A stretch of DNA of 41,884 bases from a virus. The notes beneath the pieces are model-generated. The model made no database searches and had not been told where the DNA came from. It was given only the letters and a program-made list of their open reading frames with translations. The stretch lies in the IMG/VR virus record IMGVR_UViG_3300045988_105328, positions 1 to 41,884 of that record, one strand, 5' to 3'. Below are positions 9,145-17,020 of this stretch, piece after piece (the stretch's first letter is position 1; every line of letters starts with the position of its first letter). The translations under genes were made by a program, and so were the position numbers.

Positions 9145-9181
9145 AAAAGAGCGCCCTATAAAAATATGGGGTGTTCTTTTT
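9145..9181 (+). terminator. Rho-independent terminator closing the early/middle operon
   Basis: 12-bp stem aaaagagcgccc / gggtgttctttt (two G-U pairs), 12-nt loop, and a T-run. Confidence 0.7.
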
Positions 9182-9264
9182 GTGCAAAATGCGAATTGAA
9201 AAAACAGAACAAATGTTCTATAGTAATTATTACCTTAAAACACAGAAAAAATGTGGGGTATTTG

Positions 9265-9293
9265 TTGATAATTGTCAGAAATTGGTATATTAT
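9265..9293 (+). promoter_or_regulatory. Sigma-70-like promoter of the AT-rich cassette
   Basis: TTGATA (9265-9270), a 17-nt spacer, then TATTAT (9288-9293), about 48 nt upstream of ATG 9341. Confidence 0.5.
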
Positions 9294-9340
9294 TGTGGCA
9301 GGTTTTCAATGTAAGGTTATTGTGTTTTGGGAGGGTATGT

Positions 9341-10279
9341 ATGAAAAAGTCGTTTGTTGCAAATTTTAATTTAGTATTTTATGGAGATGATGAAGAACCG
9401 CTGTTAACGTACTTTGATTCCATTTTAATGCCAGCATTGACTTCTGGCATTAAAAGAAAAACGGGAGATGCAAAGTATTTTTTGATGGATATTGGTGTAG
9501 AAGAAGTAGAAGATGGTGAGTATGTTTTAAAGGGATTGATTATTAAACAGACAGTGTTAGAAGTTAAATCAGATCTTGATGAAAATGGAAAGTTGATAGA
9601 AAAAGACGAGAAGTATCCCACCGCACCATTTTCTATGTTTGTAATATATTTAAAAAATCATAGGATGTTATATGTACAGAACCAAAAGGGTAGCCCTTCA
9701 CTTGAGAATTTTAAAGCAACCATCAAATATATTTTAAATACATATGTTAATAAAAAAATGCAGGAAGAGAAGAAAGAATTGCCAATTCCTATTTTAAATG
9801 TAGTTGGTATCCCCATGCACAAGATGTTGAAACAAGCGTTAGAGGAAGTAGAAAAGATAAATCGGTTATGTTTACGATTCTATCCATTAAATGGAGATCT
9901 TGATTATAGCGGTCTATTTGGCGAAATTTCTAAAGATATTAGGAAAGTTGCTAACTGCAAAAATGCTGATTTAATCTTAAAATCTCCTAAAAATATTGAT
10001 GGAGTAATAAACATTATAGAAAAATCTGGAGGAACAGTTAAACCGATTTTCAATGTTACCTATAAAGATAAGAAAACCGGGAAGAAAAGAACGGGAAAAA
10101 TAAAAGATGATCAAATTTCAGAAAGCATGGATATTGATGTGTCCGGAGAAACATTAGAGGAGGAAATGAAAAATATTATAAAGGAAGGAAAAACTCGTTC
10201 TAGTATAACATATACAAGTAAAGATAACGAAGCTATATATGAAAAGAATAAACATAAGATCATAAAATTTTTTAATTGA
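9341..10279 (+). CDS. Unknown soluble 312-aa protein (cassette gene A)
   Basis: ATG 9341 after gggaggg. No hydrophobic segments, and the C-terminal third is K/E-rich. I recognise no catalytic or NTP-binding motif. The coding sequence is strongly AT-rich. Confidence 0.75.
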   Translation: MKKSFVANFNLVFYGDDEEPLLTYFDSILMPALTSGIKRKTGDAKYFLMDIGVEEVEDGEYVLKGLIIKQTVLEVKSDLDENGKLIEKDEKYPTAPFSMFVIYLKNHRMLYVQNQKGSPSLENFKATIKYILNTYVNKKMQEEKKELPIPILNVVGIPMHKMLKQALEEVEKINRLCLRFYPLNGDLDYSGLFGEISKDIRKVANCKNADLILKSPKNIDGVINIIEKSGGTVKPIFNVTYKDKKTGKKRTGKIKDDQISESMDIDVSGETLEEEMKNIIKEGKTRSSITYTSKDNEAIYEKNKHKIIKFFN

Positions 10280-10300
10280 TAGTTTAAGGAGGTGTGTCGA

Positions 10301-10939
10301 ATGAAACAAATTAAAACAAAATTATTAGAGAATATGTTTCATCCAGTAACCTCTAGACAAATTATTAAACAAGCCTTAAAAATGTATGTACCTACGGGAA
10401 AATATAAAAAAAGATTCATTTTTGCAAACATTGTATGTATTATTCCAACAGTAATGATGGGAATATCCATTGATACGTACACACTTTTTCTGTCGGGATG
10501 TGAAAAAATAAATAATACAGTTATTGCAATATTTGGAATTGTTTTTACTGGATATGCCTTGTTCCAAGCACTCATAAATAATGAGTTATTGATTCGGATG
10601 GTCAATGACGATTCTAATAATGAATCAGGGAAGAATAAATTGCAGGAAACAAATGAAACTTTTACGGAACTGATGATGTTGTGTGTTATTTCTATTATGG
10701 TTAACATTTTTTTGGGGTTATTAATTGCTAGCCTTTCGTCAGATTTTGTAATATTTGATAAAAAAGAATGTAACGATATTATTGCTATAGTTCTTTTGCA
10801 AATATATTTTGTATTTCATGCAAATATTCTTTTAGAACTTAAAAGTTTTATTTTTAATACTTTTCAGTTATTTAATTTGCACGCAGGGACTAAGATAATA
10901 GAAATAATAGAAGATTCTAAAAAAAAGAGTGAAGAATGA
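10301..10939 (+). CDS. Unknown 212-aa integral membrane protein with about 4 TM segments (cassette gene B)
   Basis: ATG 10301 lies 8 nt after aggagg. Hydrophobic stretches are FIFANIVCIIPTVMMGISI, TVIAIFGIVFTGYALFQALI, LMMLCVISIMVNIFLGLLIASL and IIAIVLLQIYFVFHANILL. Confidence 0.75.
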   Translation: MKQIKTKLLENMFHPVTSRQIIKQALKMYVPTGKYKKRFIFANIVCIIPTVMMGISIDTYTLFLSGCEKINNTVIAIFGIVFTGYALFQALINNELLIRMVNDDSNNESGKNKLQETNETFTELMMLCVISIMVNIFLGLLIASLSSDFVIFDKKECNDIIAIVLLQIYFVFHANILLELKSFIFNTFQLFNLHAGTKIIEIIEDSKKKSEE

Positions 10940-10944
10940 CTTAT

Positions 10945-10970
10945 AAAAGGCACCCTCCGGGGTGCTTTTC
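10945..10970 (+). terminator. Rho-independent terminator closing the cassette
   Basis: gcaccc-tccg-gggtgc stem, extended by flanking A/T pairs and followed by ttttc. Confidence 0.65.
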
Positions 10971-11002
10971 TAATGCAATAAGCCCAGAATGAAGGTGGTG
11001 AA

Positions 11003-11731
11003 GTGAGTGAAACACAGAACTATATTTTAGCCGAAAAAGATTACATGGCTGGAATGAAATATAAGGACATCGCTGCAAAGTATGGAGTGACTTTGAACAC
11101 AGTGAAATCCTGGAAAGTCCGCTATGGATGGAATAAAAAAAGTGTGCACACAAAATCAGAAAAAGTGTGCACACAAAAAAAGAAGCACGGAGGCCAGCCT
11201 GGAAATAAAAATGCTGTTGGGCATGGTGCTCCAAAAGGGAACCAGAACGCTGTGAAGCACGGGCTTTTCTCTCGATATCTTCCAGAAGATACTCAGGAGC
11301 TTTTCTTTTCTTTGGATTTTTCAGATCCGCTGGAATTATTGTGGGATCAGATTAAGCTGGCTTATGCGGCCATCCTACGAGCGCAGTCAGTTATGTATGT
11401 AACTGGAAAAGAAGACAAAACAGTTGAGAAAATTGAGGAGAAGAGAGGAAAAATTATTGGAGAACGGTGGGAAATCCAACAGGCGTGGGATAAGCAGGCT
11501 ACGTTTCTGCAAGCTCAGGCCAGGGCCCAAGCAGAATTACGGTCTCTGATTAAGCAATATGATGAAATGCTACACAAGAACTGGAAATTGGCGACAAAAG
11601 AGCAGAAAGCCAGAATTGCACAGTTAAAGGCCCAAACACAGAAAATCACGGGAGAGGGGCTTGAAGTAGAAGATATGTCGGAAATCGAGGCGGAGATCTA
11701 TGAAGCAGATCAGAAAAAAGAAAACGCTTAA
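11003..11731 (+). CDS. terS: Terminase small subunit
   Basis: N-terminal HTH (YKDIAAKYGVTLNTVKSWKVRYGW) and repeated GxPxGNxNAVxHG motifs, both typical of Firmicutes phage TerS. It lies directly upstream of terL. Confidence 0.8.
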   Translation: MSETQNYILAEKDYMAGMKYKDIAAKYGVTLNTVKSWKVRYGWNKKSVHTKSEKVCTQKKKHGGQPGNKNAVGHGAPKGNQNAVKHGLFSRYLPEDTQELFFSLDFSDPLELLWDQIKLAYAAILRAQSVMYVTGKEDKTVEKIEEKRGKIIGERWEIQQAWDKQATFLQAQARAQAELRSLIKQYDEMLHKNWKLATKEQKARIAQLKAQTQKITGEGLEVEDMSEIEAEIYEADQKKENA

Positions 11732-13070
11732 TTATGTGTTTTCTGAAAAGCATAAAGATTATATCCGGGCCTGTCGTGATTGCGAATTCAATGTGGCGGA
11801 AGGAGCTGTCCGGGCTGGGAAGACGGTAGACAATGTTTTTGCATTTGCTCAAGAATTGAAAACGACACCTGACAGAATCCACCTTGCGACAGGATCCACA
11901 GTTGGAAATGCCAAGCTAAACATTGGTGTCTGTAATGGACTTGGTCTGGAGAATATATTCAGGGGACAATGCCACTGGGGGAAATTTAAGGATAATGAGG
12001 CTCTGTTTGTGAGAGGGCCTGATACCGGATGGCGACAGAGGATTATCATATTTGCGGGCGGGGCAAAAGAAGACAGCTATAAACGTATCCGAGGAAACTC
12101 TTATGGTATGTGGATCGCTACTGAAATAAGCCTCCATCATGATAAAACGATCAAGGAGGCCAATAATCGTCTGCTGGCGGCGCGGCGATTAAAGATATTT
12201 TGGGACCTAAATCCTGATAACCCGAAACATCCAATATACACAGATTACATAGACAAGTACAGGGATATGGCCGCCGCGGGCAACTTCCCTGGGGGCTACA
12301 ACTATATGCACTGTACGATCTATGATAATAAAACTATCACTGCTGAGCGCCTGAAGCGGATAGAGAGCAGATATGACAAAAACAGTATCTGGTATATGCG
12401 GGATATCAAGGGTATGCGTGTTGTGGCGAGTGGCCTTATCTACCGTAGATTTGCGGATGACGTTAGCGCCCAGCAATATACATTCCGTCTGGTGGATAAG
12501 CCCAAAGATATCATGGAGATTATCCTTGGGATAGACTTTGGCGGATCTGCTTCCGGCCATTCTTTTTCTGCAACCGCCATTACCAGAGGATACAGATTTG
12601 TTGTTGCTCTAGCGTCTGAGCTGATTCCTTGTAAGGACAGGAGCGGTAATCAGATAGAGATTGATCCAGAGCTATTAGGTAGCATGTTTTGTGATTTTGT
12701 ACAGCGGATATTAAGCGTATATGGTTTTGTCACAGCCGTATATGCGGATTCTGCAGAGCAGACGTTGATCGCTGGAATCCGCAGCAGCCTCAGAAAGCAT
12801 GGCCTTGGATGGATCAGAGTGGAAAATGCGCTCAAGACGGAGATCAATGACCGGATAAACGCGCTTGCTATCTTAATGGCGCAGAGAAGATTTTTCTATG
12901 TGGAAAATCAATGCAACAGTCTGGAAACAGCGCTGTGCACGGCTGTATGGGATCCAGATGAGATTACGAAAAATGTCAGGTTGGATGATGGAACGAGCGA
13001 TATAGACAGCCTGGACAGTTTTGAGTATACATTTGAGCGGCGGATCAGCCAGCTCATCAAATATGGATAG
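11700..13070 (+). CDS. terL: Terminase large subunit
   Basis: 456 aa with the Walker A-like motif EGAVRAGKT and a C-terminal nuclease-like block (LGIDFGGSASGHS). It lies between terS and the portal gene. Confidence 0.85.
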   Translation: MKQIRKKKTLNYVFSEKHKDYIRACRDCEFNVAEGAVRAGKTVDNVFAFAQELKTTPDRIHLATGSTVGNAKLNIGVCNGLGLENIFRGQCHWGKFKDNEALFVRGPDTGWRQRIIIFAGGAKEDSYKRIRGNSYGMWIATEISLHHDKTIKEANNRLLAARRLKIFWDLNPDNPKHPIYTDYIDKYRDMAAAGNFPGGYNYMHCTIYDNKTITAERLKRIESRYDKNSIWYMRDIKGMRVVASGLIYRRFADDVSAQQYTFRLVDKPKDIMEIILGIDFGGSASGHSFSATAITRGYRFVVALASELIPCKDRSGNQIEIDPELLGSMFCDFVQRILSVYGFVTAVYADSAEQTLIAGIRSSLRKHGLGWIRVENALKTEINDRINALAILMAQRRFFYVENQCNSLETALCTAVWDPDEITKNVRLDDGTSDIDSLDSFEYTFERRISQLIKYG

Positions 13071-14447
13071 GTGAGGCAAATGAGATATACGAAAATGTAT
13101 GAGGCGATCGCAAAGATCCTAAAAACTGAAGAGCAGATATCTTTTGTGATGTCAGATATCATGGCTAAGCGTATCGAGCTATGGTCTATGCTTTTCCAAG
13201 ATAAGGAACCTTGGCTCAGTGATACGGTAAAAAGTTTGAATCTCCCCGCCTCTATTGCTGGAGAGATTGCAAGGCTTGTGACCCTTGAGATGGACACTAA
13301 AGTGGAGGGAAGCGCAAGAGCGGCGTATATAGATAAAGTCTATCAAAAGACAGTTAAAAAATTGAGGCTCTATGTAGAATTTGCCTGTGCAAAAGGAGGT
13401 CTTATCCTAAAGCCATATGTGACAGACTCTGGGATGTGTACAGAATTTATACAGGCAGACAGTTTTTTTCCTCTTTCCTTTGATGACGATGACAATATAA
13501 CACGCTGCGTCTTTCTGGACCAGTTTCGAGATGGGAATTCCATCTATACAAGGATTGAATATCATAAGCTTGATGGAGGATTTCTGACGATCAGGAATAG
13601 GGCTTTTGTATCTATGACAGATGGAGTTTTAGGATCGGAGATACCACTTCATACCGTACCCAAATGGGGCGGGCTTGAGAGCCAGATGATATTTGAAAAT
13701 GTTCAGAAACTGCCGGTTGGATATTTTAAGGTCCCGATGGCGAATCAGGAAGACAATACCAGCCCCCTGGGGGTGTCCTGCTATAGTCGAGGGGTTGGTC
13801 TCATTAAAGAGGCCGATGAAAGATATTCTCAGATTAGCTGGGAATACAAAGGGAAAGAGGTCGCGGTACACATAGCGGAGAGCCTGCTATCCAGAAATCC
13901 CCAAACCCAAGAACTTGAGTATCCAGATGGAAAGAAACGGTTATATCGTGAGCTGGATTATAACTCTGGAGCTGTAGATAAACCGCTGTTAGATGTGTTT
14001 TCTCCAGATATTCGTGATCAGTCCCTGTTTAATGGACTGAACCAGCAGTTGAGGCGAGTAGAGTTTGCGTGTAATCTGGCTTATGGGACATTGTCAGATC
14101 CAAACAATACGGACAAAACAGCGGAAGAGATACGGGCCAGCAAGCAAAGATCCTATTCCTTCGTGGAATCCTGTCAGAGTGCGTTACAGGACGCTCTGGA
14201 CGATTATATCACAGCCATTGATTTCTGGGCTACAATATATAACTTGGCGCCATTCGGGAACTATCACACATCCTACAAATGGGATGATTCTCTTGTGGTG
14301 GATACAGAGAAAGAACGCCAAACAGATCGAGCGGATGTTGCGATGGGGGCAATGCAGCTATGGGAATACCGTGCAAAGCACTATGATGAGGACGATGAGA
14401 CCGCCAAGCGGATGGTGGCGCAACCGGCCGATCTGATCGAGGAGTAG
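13071..14447 (+). CDS. Portal protein
   Basis: About 455 aa, immediately after terL and before the MuF-like gene. The start is ambiguous (GTG 13071 or ATG 13080). Confidence 0.75.
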   Translation: MRQMRYTKMYEAIAKILKTEEQISFVMSDIMAKRIELWSMLFQDKEPWLSDTVKSLNLPASIAGEIARLVTLEMDTKVEGSARAAYIDKVYQKTVKKLRLYVEFACAKGGLILKPYVTDSGMCTEFIQADSFFPLSFDDDDNITRCVFLDQFRDGNSIYTRIEYHKLDGGFLTIRNRAFVSMTDGVLGSEIPLHTVPKWGGLESQMIFENVQKLPVGYFKVPMANQEDNTSPLGVSCYSRGVGLIKEADERYSQISWEYKGKEVAVHIAESLLSRNPQTQELEYPDGKKRLYRELDYNSGAVDKPLLDVFSPDIRDQSLFNGLNQQLRRVEFACNLAYGTLSDPNNTDKTAEEIRASKQRSYSFVESCQSALQDALDDYITAIDFWATIYNLAPFGNYHTSYKWDDSLVVDTEKERQTDRADVAMGAMQLWEYRAKHYDEDDETAKRMVAQPADLIEE

Positions 14448-14457
14448 GTGATACCGA

Positions 14458-16020
14458 ATGATGAGCCAAGGAGAAATTGAGGCGCTGACCATTACAATGG
14501 AGCAGGCAGCGGCACGTCTGGAGCGAGACATCATGCTGGATATCGTCCGCAGGATCAAAGCCAATGCCGGAATGACATCTACGGCAGAGTATCAGATCAA
14601 TCGCCTGCGGCAACTTGGGCTATCAGATTCATACATACAGGAGCAGATCCAGACCTATCTCAAAGTGTCCAACGATGAGATGGAGCGGATTTTTAAGGAG
14701 GTCGTCGAAAATCAGTATGAGAAACTTAATAGCGCCTATGACGCCGCCGGAGTATTGCAGAAGCCCTTTGGGGATCATGTGGCAATCCAGACGATGATTT
14801 CTTCCGCACTTACCCAGACGGATGAAACATTCAAGAATATCTCTCAGAGCATGGGGTTTTCCGTCAAGAATGGCGGGAAAACGGAGTTTCTGCCGGTGGC
14901 TGAATATTACCAGCAGACATTGGACAATGCCATTCTTGGGATAGCAACAGGGGCTTTTGATTATAATTCCGCGCTGAACAGAGTGGTCAAGCAGATGACT
15001 ATGAGCGGTCTCAGGACTATTGATTATGCCTCTGGGAGGTCCTATCGGATAGAATCCGCTTCCAGGATGGCACTCATGACAGGTTTCTCTCAAATCACTG
15101 GCCATATGAATGAACAGGTGGCCGCGGAGTTAGGAACAGATGATTATGAGGTGTCCTACCACATGGGTGCCAGACCTACCCATCAATGGTGGCAGGGAAG
15201 GGTGTACAGCTACCAAGAGCTGATCTATACTTGTGGACTTGGCACTGTTACAGGATTGTGCGGGATCAACTGCTATCACTGGTATGAGCCCTTCATCCGT
15301 GGCGTATCCGTCAGAAATTATACGGACCGTGAACTGGACGCAATGATCCGGGAAGAGAATCGCCCAAAATCCTATCAGGGAAAGGAATATACCACTTACA
15401 CAGCCCTGCAGAATCAGCGAAAGATGGAGCTCCTAATGCGAAAGCAACGCCAGGATATTATGCTGTTGAAAGAAGGAAGTGGAAGCTCCCTTGATATTCT
15501 GGCGGCACAGGCCAGATATAGGTACACGATGAATGACTATGTATCATTCTCCAAGGCCATGAACCTACCACAGCAGACGGAAAGGGTGTATATGGATGGA
15601 CTTGGAAAGGTAGGAAGGAGCGGAACGATTCCAAGGCCAAAACGCAGAGAGAAAAATACGGGGGCTTTTTCTGTACTTGAAGTTCCCATGCAAAAAAGAA
15701 CCGTTGACCGTATTGCTAAGAAATATGGAATAACTATATCCGATTTGCAGATAAAAATACAAAGAGACGAGGAACATTTGCGGCGTCCGATGATGGGATG
15801 TGCTGATTATGATAATATCGGAAGGATTGACTTGTTTCCAAATTCTTTCAAAAATGAGGAAGCGCTGATCAGGACACTGATACATGAGCGATGCCATGTG
15901 CTGCAGCTTAGAAAATATGGTAAGAAATATACGCAGGAGCATATCAATAAGATGGAGGAAGTTGCATACAAGTTCGAAGATTTCTGGTATAATATAGTCA
16001 GAAAGAGGGTGCAGCCATGA
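14458..16020 (+). CDS. MuF/SPP1 gp7-class minor head protein with a C-terminal HExxH extension
   Basis: It lies after the portal gene. ARPTHQWWQGRVY matches the MuF RPxH...G+V block. The C-terminal ~125 aa carry HERCH (nt 15883-15897). Confidence 0.75.
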   Translation: MMSQGEIEALTITMEQAAARLERDIMLDIVRRIKANAGMTSTAEYQINRLRQLGLSDSYIQEQIQTYLKVSNDEMERIFKEVVENQYEKLNSAYDAAGVLQKPFGDHVAIQTMISSALTQTDETFKNISQSMGFSVKNGGKTEFLPVAEYYQQTLDNAILGIATGAFDYNSALNRVVKQMTMSGLRTIDYASGRSYRIESASRMALMTGFSQITGHMNEQVAAELGTDDYEVSYHMGARPTHQWWQGRVYSYQELIYTCGLGTVTGLCGINCYHWYEPFIRGVSVRNYTDRELDAMIREENRPKSYQGKEYTTYTALQNQRKMELLMRKQRQDIMLLKEGSGSSLDILAAQARYRYTMNDYVSFSKAMNLPQQTERVYMDGLGKVGRSGTIPRPKRREKNTGAFSVLEVPMQKRTVDRIAKKYGITISDLQIKIQRDEEHLRRPMMGCADYDNIGRIDLFPNSFKNEEALIRTLIHERCHVLQLRKYGKKYTQEHINKMEEVAYKFEDFWYNIVRKRVQP

Positions 16021-16250
16021 AGTGGTTAGAAAATTTAGACAATATTGTAAAAGAAAAAAAGCCGGGGAAATGTCCACATTGCGGAAGCGAAGATACAGAC
16101 TATAGTTGCACGATAGTCATACCGGAAAAGAGATTGGGGCATATGACAATCTGGTGCAACGACTGTATGAGAGGATATCACATATCACGGATGGAAGTTC
16201 CAGAAGGATTTAAAACGGATGGGAAAATCCCGGAGGGTTTGAAATACTAA
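16017..16250 (+). CDS. Small zinc-ribbon protein, translationally coupled to the MuF-like gene
   Basis: ATGA overlap with the upstream stop. CPHCGS ... WCNDC forms two CxxC pairs. Confidence 0.6.
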   Translation: MKWLENLDNIVKEKKPGKCPHCGSEDTDYSCTIVIPEKRLGHMTIWCNDCMRGYHISRMEVPEGFKTDGKIPEGLKY

Positions 16251-16284
16251 TACCGCTCATTCTTTGGAGTGAGTGGTATTTTTA
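16250..16284 (+). terminator. Rho-independent terminator
   Basis: 10-bp stem ataccgctca / tgagtggtat (one G-U pair) followed by tttt. Confidence 0.65.
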
Positions 16285-16462
16285 TACCCATTTTTAGGAG
16301 GTGATCCGATATCTCCCTTGAGGCGCAGGGTTATGCGTCTTATTTTTATGCCCTGCCATATGGCTCTAAACTGGACAAATTGGCAGCTATGCCGGAAATA
16401 GCGACTCTGTGGGTGGATGGTTACACACCGAAAATAACCGAATGCAGAGAGAAAGGATAACG

Positions 16463-17005
16463 ATGATTTTAAAGACAGAAACCTTGAAAGAAAAAGGTAT
16501 GACGCAGGAGCAGATTGATTTTGTGATGGCGGAAGTGGGGAAAGAAATTAATTCCATTACCGCCGAGCGAGACACCTATAAATCCCAATTGGAGACAGCA
16601 CAGGCATCTCTGAAAGCTATGGAAGGAATTGACGCTGCTGGATTGCAACAGAGCGTGAAAGACCTGCAGACGAAATTATCTGGAAAAGACGCAGAGATTG
16701 AGAGAATCAAGTCTGATTATGCCTTTAATGATTGCCTGAAAGAAGCTGTCCGGAAATCAGGAGCAAAGAACAGTACGGCAGTCATGGCTCTGTTGGATTT
16801 GGAGACGCTGAAAAAGAGCAAGAACCAGACGGCAGATATCGAAGCAGCTTTAGAAGTCGTCAAGAAAGAAAACGACTATCTATTTGCAAGCGACAAGCCG
16901 GTGCCTAGGGTAGTCTCCACGACATCTGGAATCGATCAAACTGCGCAAACCAAAAAGGAACAGGCTAATGAAGCACTGAGAAGCCTGTTTGGAAGATCAG
17001 AATAG
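16463..17005 (+). CDS. Scaffolding protein (GP20-like)
   Basis: MILKTETLKEKGMTQEQIDFVMAEVGKEI followed by coiled-coil sequence. It lies directly upstream of the major capsid gene. Confidence 0.8.
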   Translation: MILKTETLKEKGMTQEQIDFVMAEVGKEINSITAERDTYKSQLETAQASLKAMEGIDAAGLQQSVKDLQTKLSGKDAEIERIKSDYAFNDCLKEAVRKSGAKNSTAVMALLDLETLKKSKNQTADIEAALEVVKKENDYLFASDKPVPRVVSTTSGIDQTAQTKKEQANEALRSLFGRSE

Positions 17006-17020
17006 AAAGGAATGTAAATT

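Noticed and set aside
9166-9340. ORFs 9166-9369 and the 9272 start of the cassette gene
   Set aside because: Neither has an RBS, and both overlap the predicted promoter. The translations are Cys/Phe-rich, typical of AT-rich non-coding DNA. ATG 9341 after gggaggg is the credible start.
10060-10110. P-loop-like string TGKKRTGKI in cassette gene A
   Set aside because: It reads GxxxxGK followed by Ile rather than Ser/Thr. It sits in a lysine-rich low-complexity stretch with no Walker B candidate, so I do not accept it as an NTPase motif.
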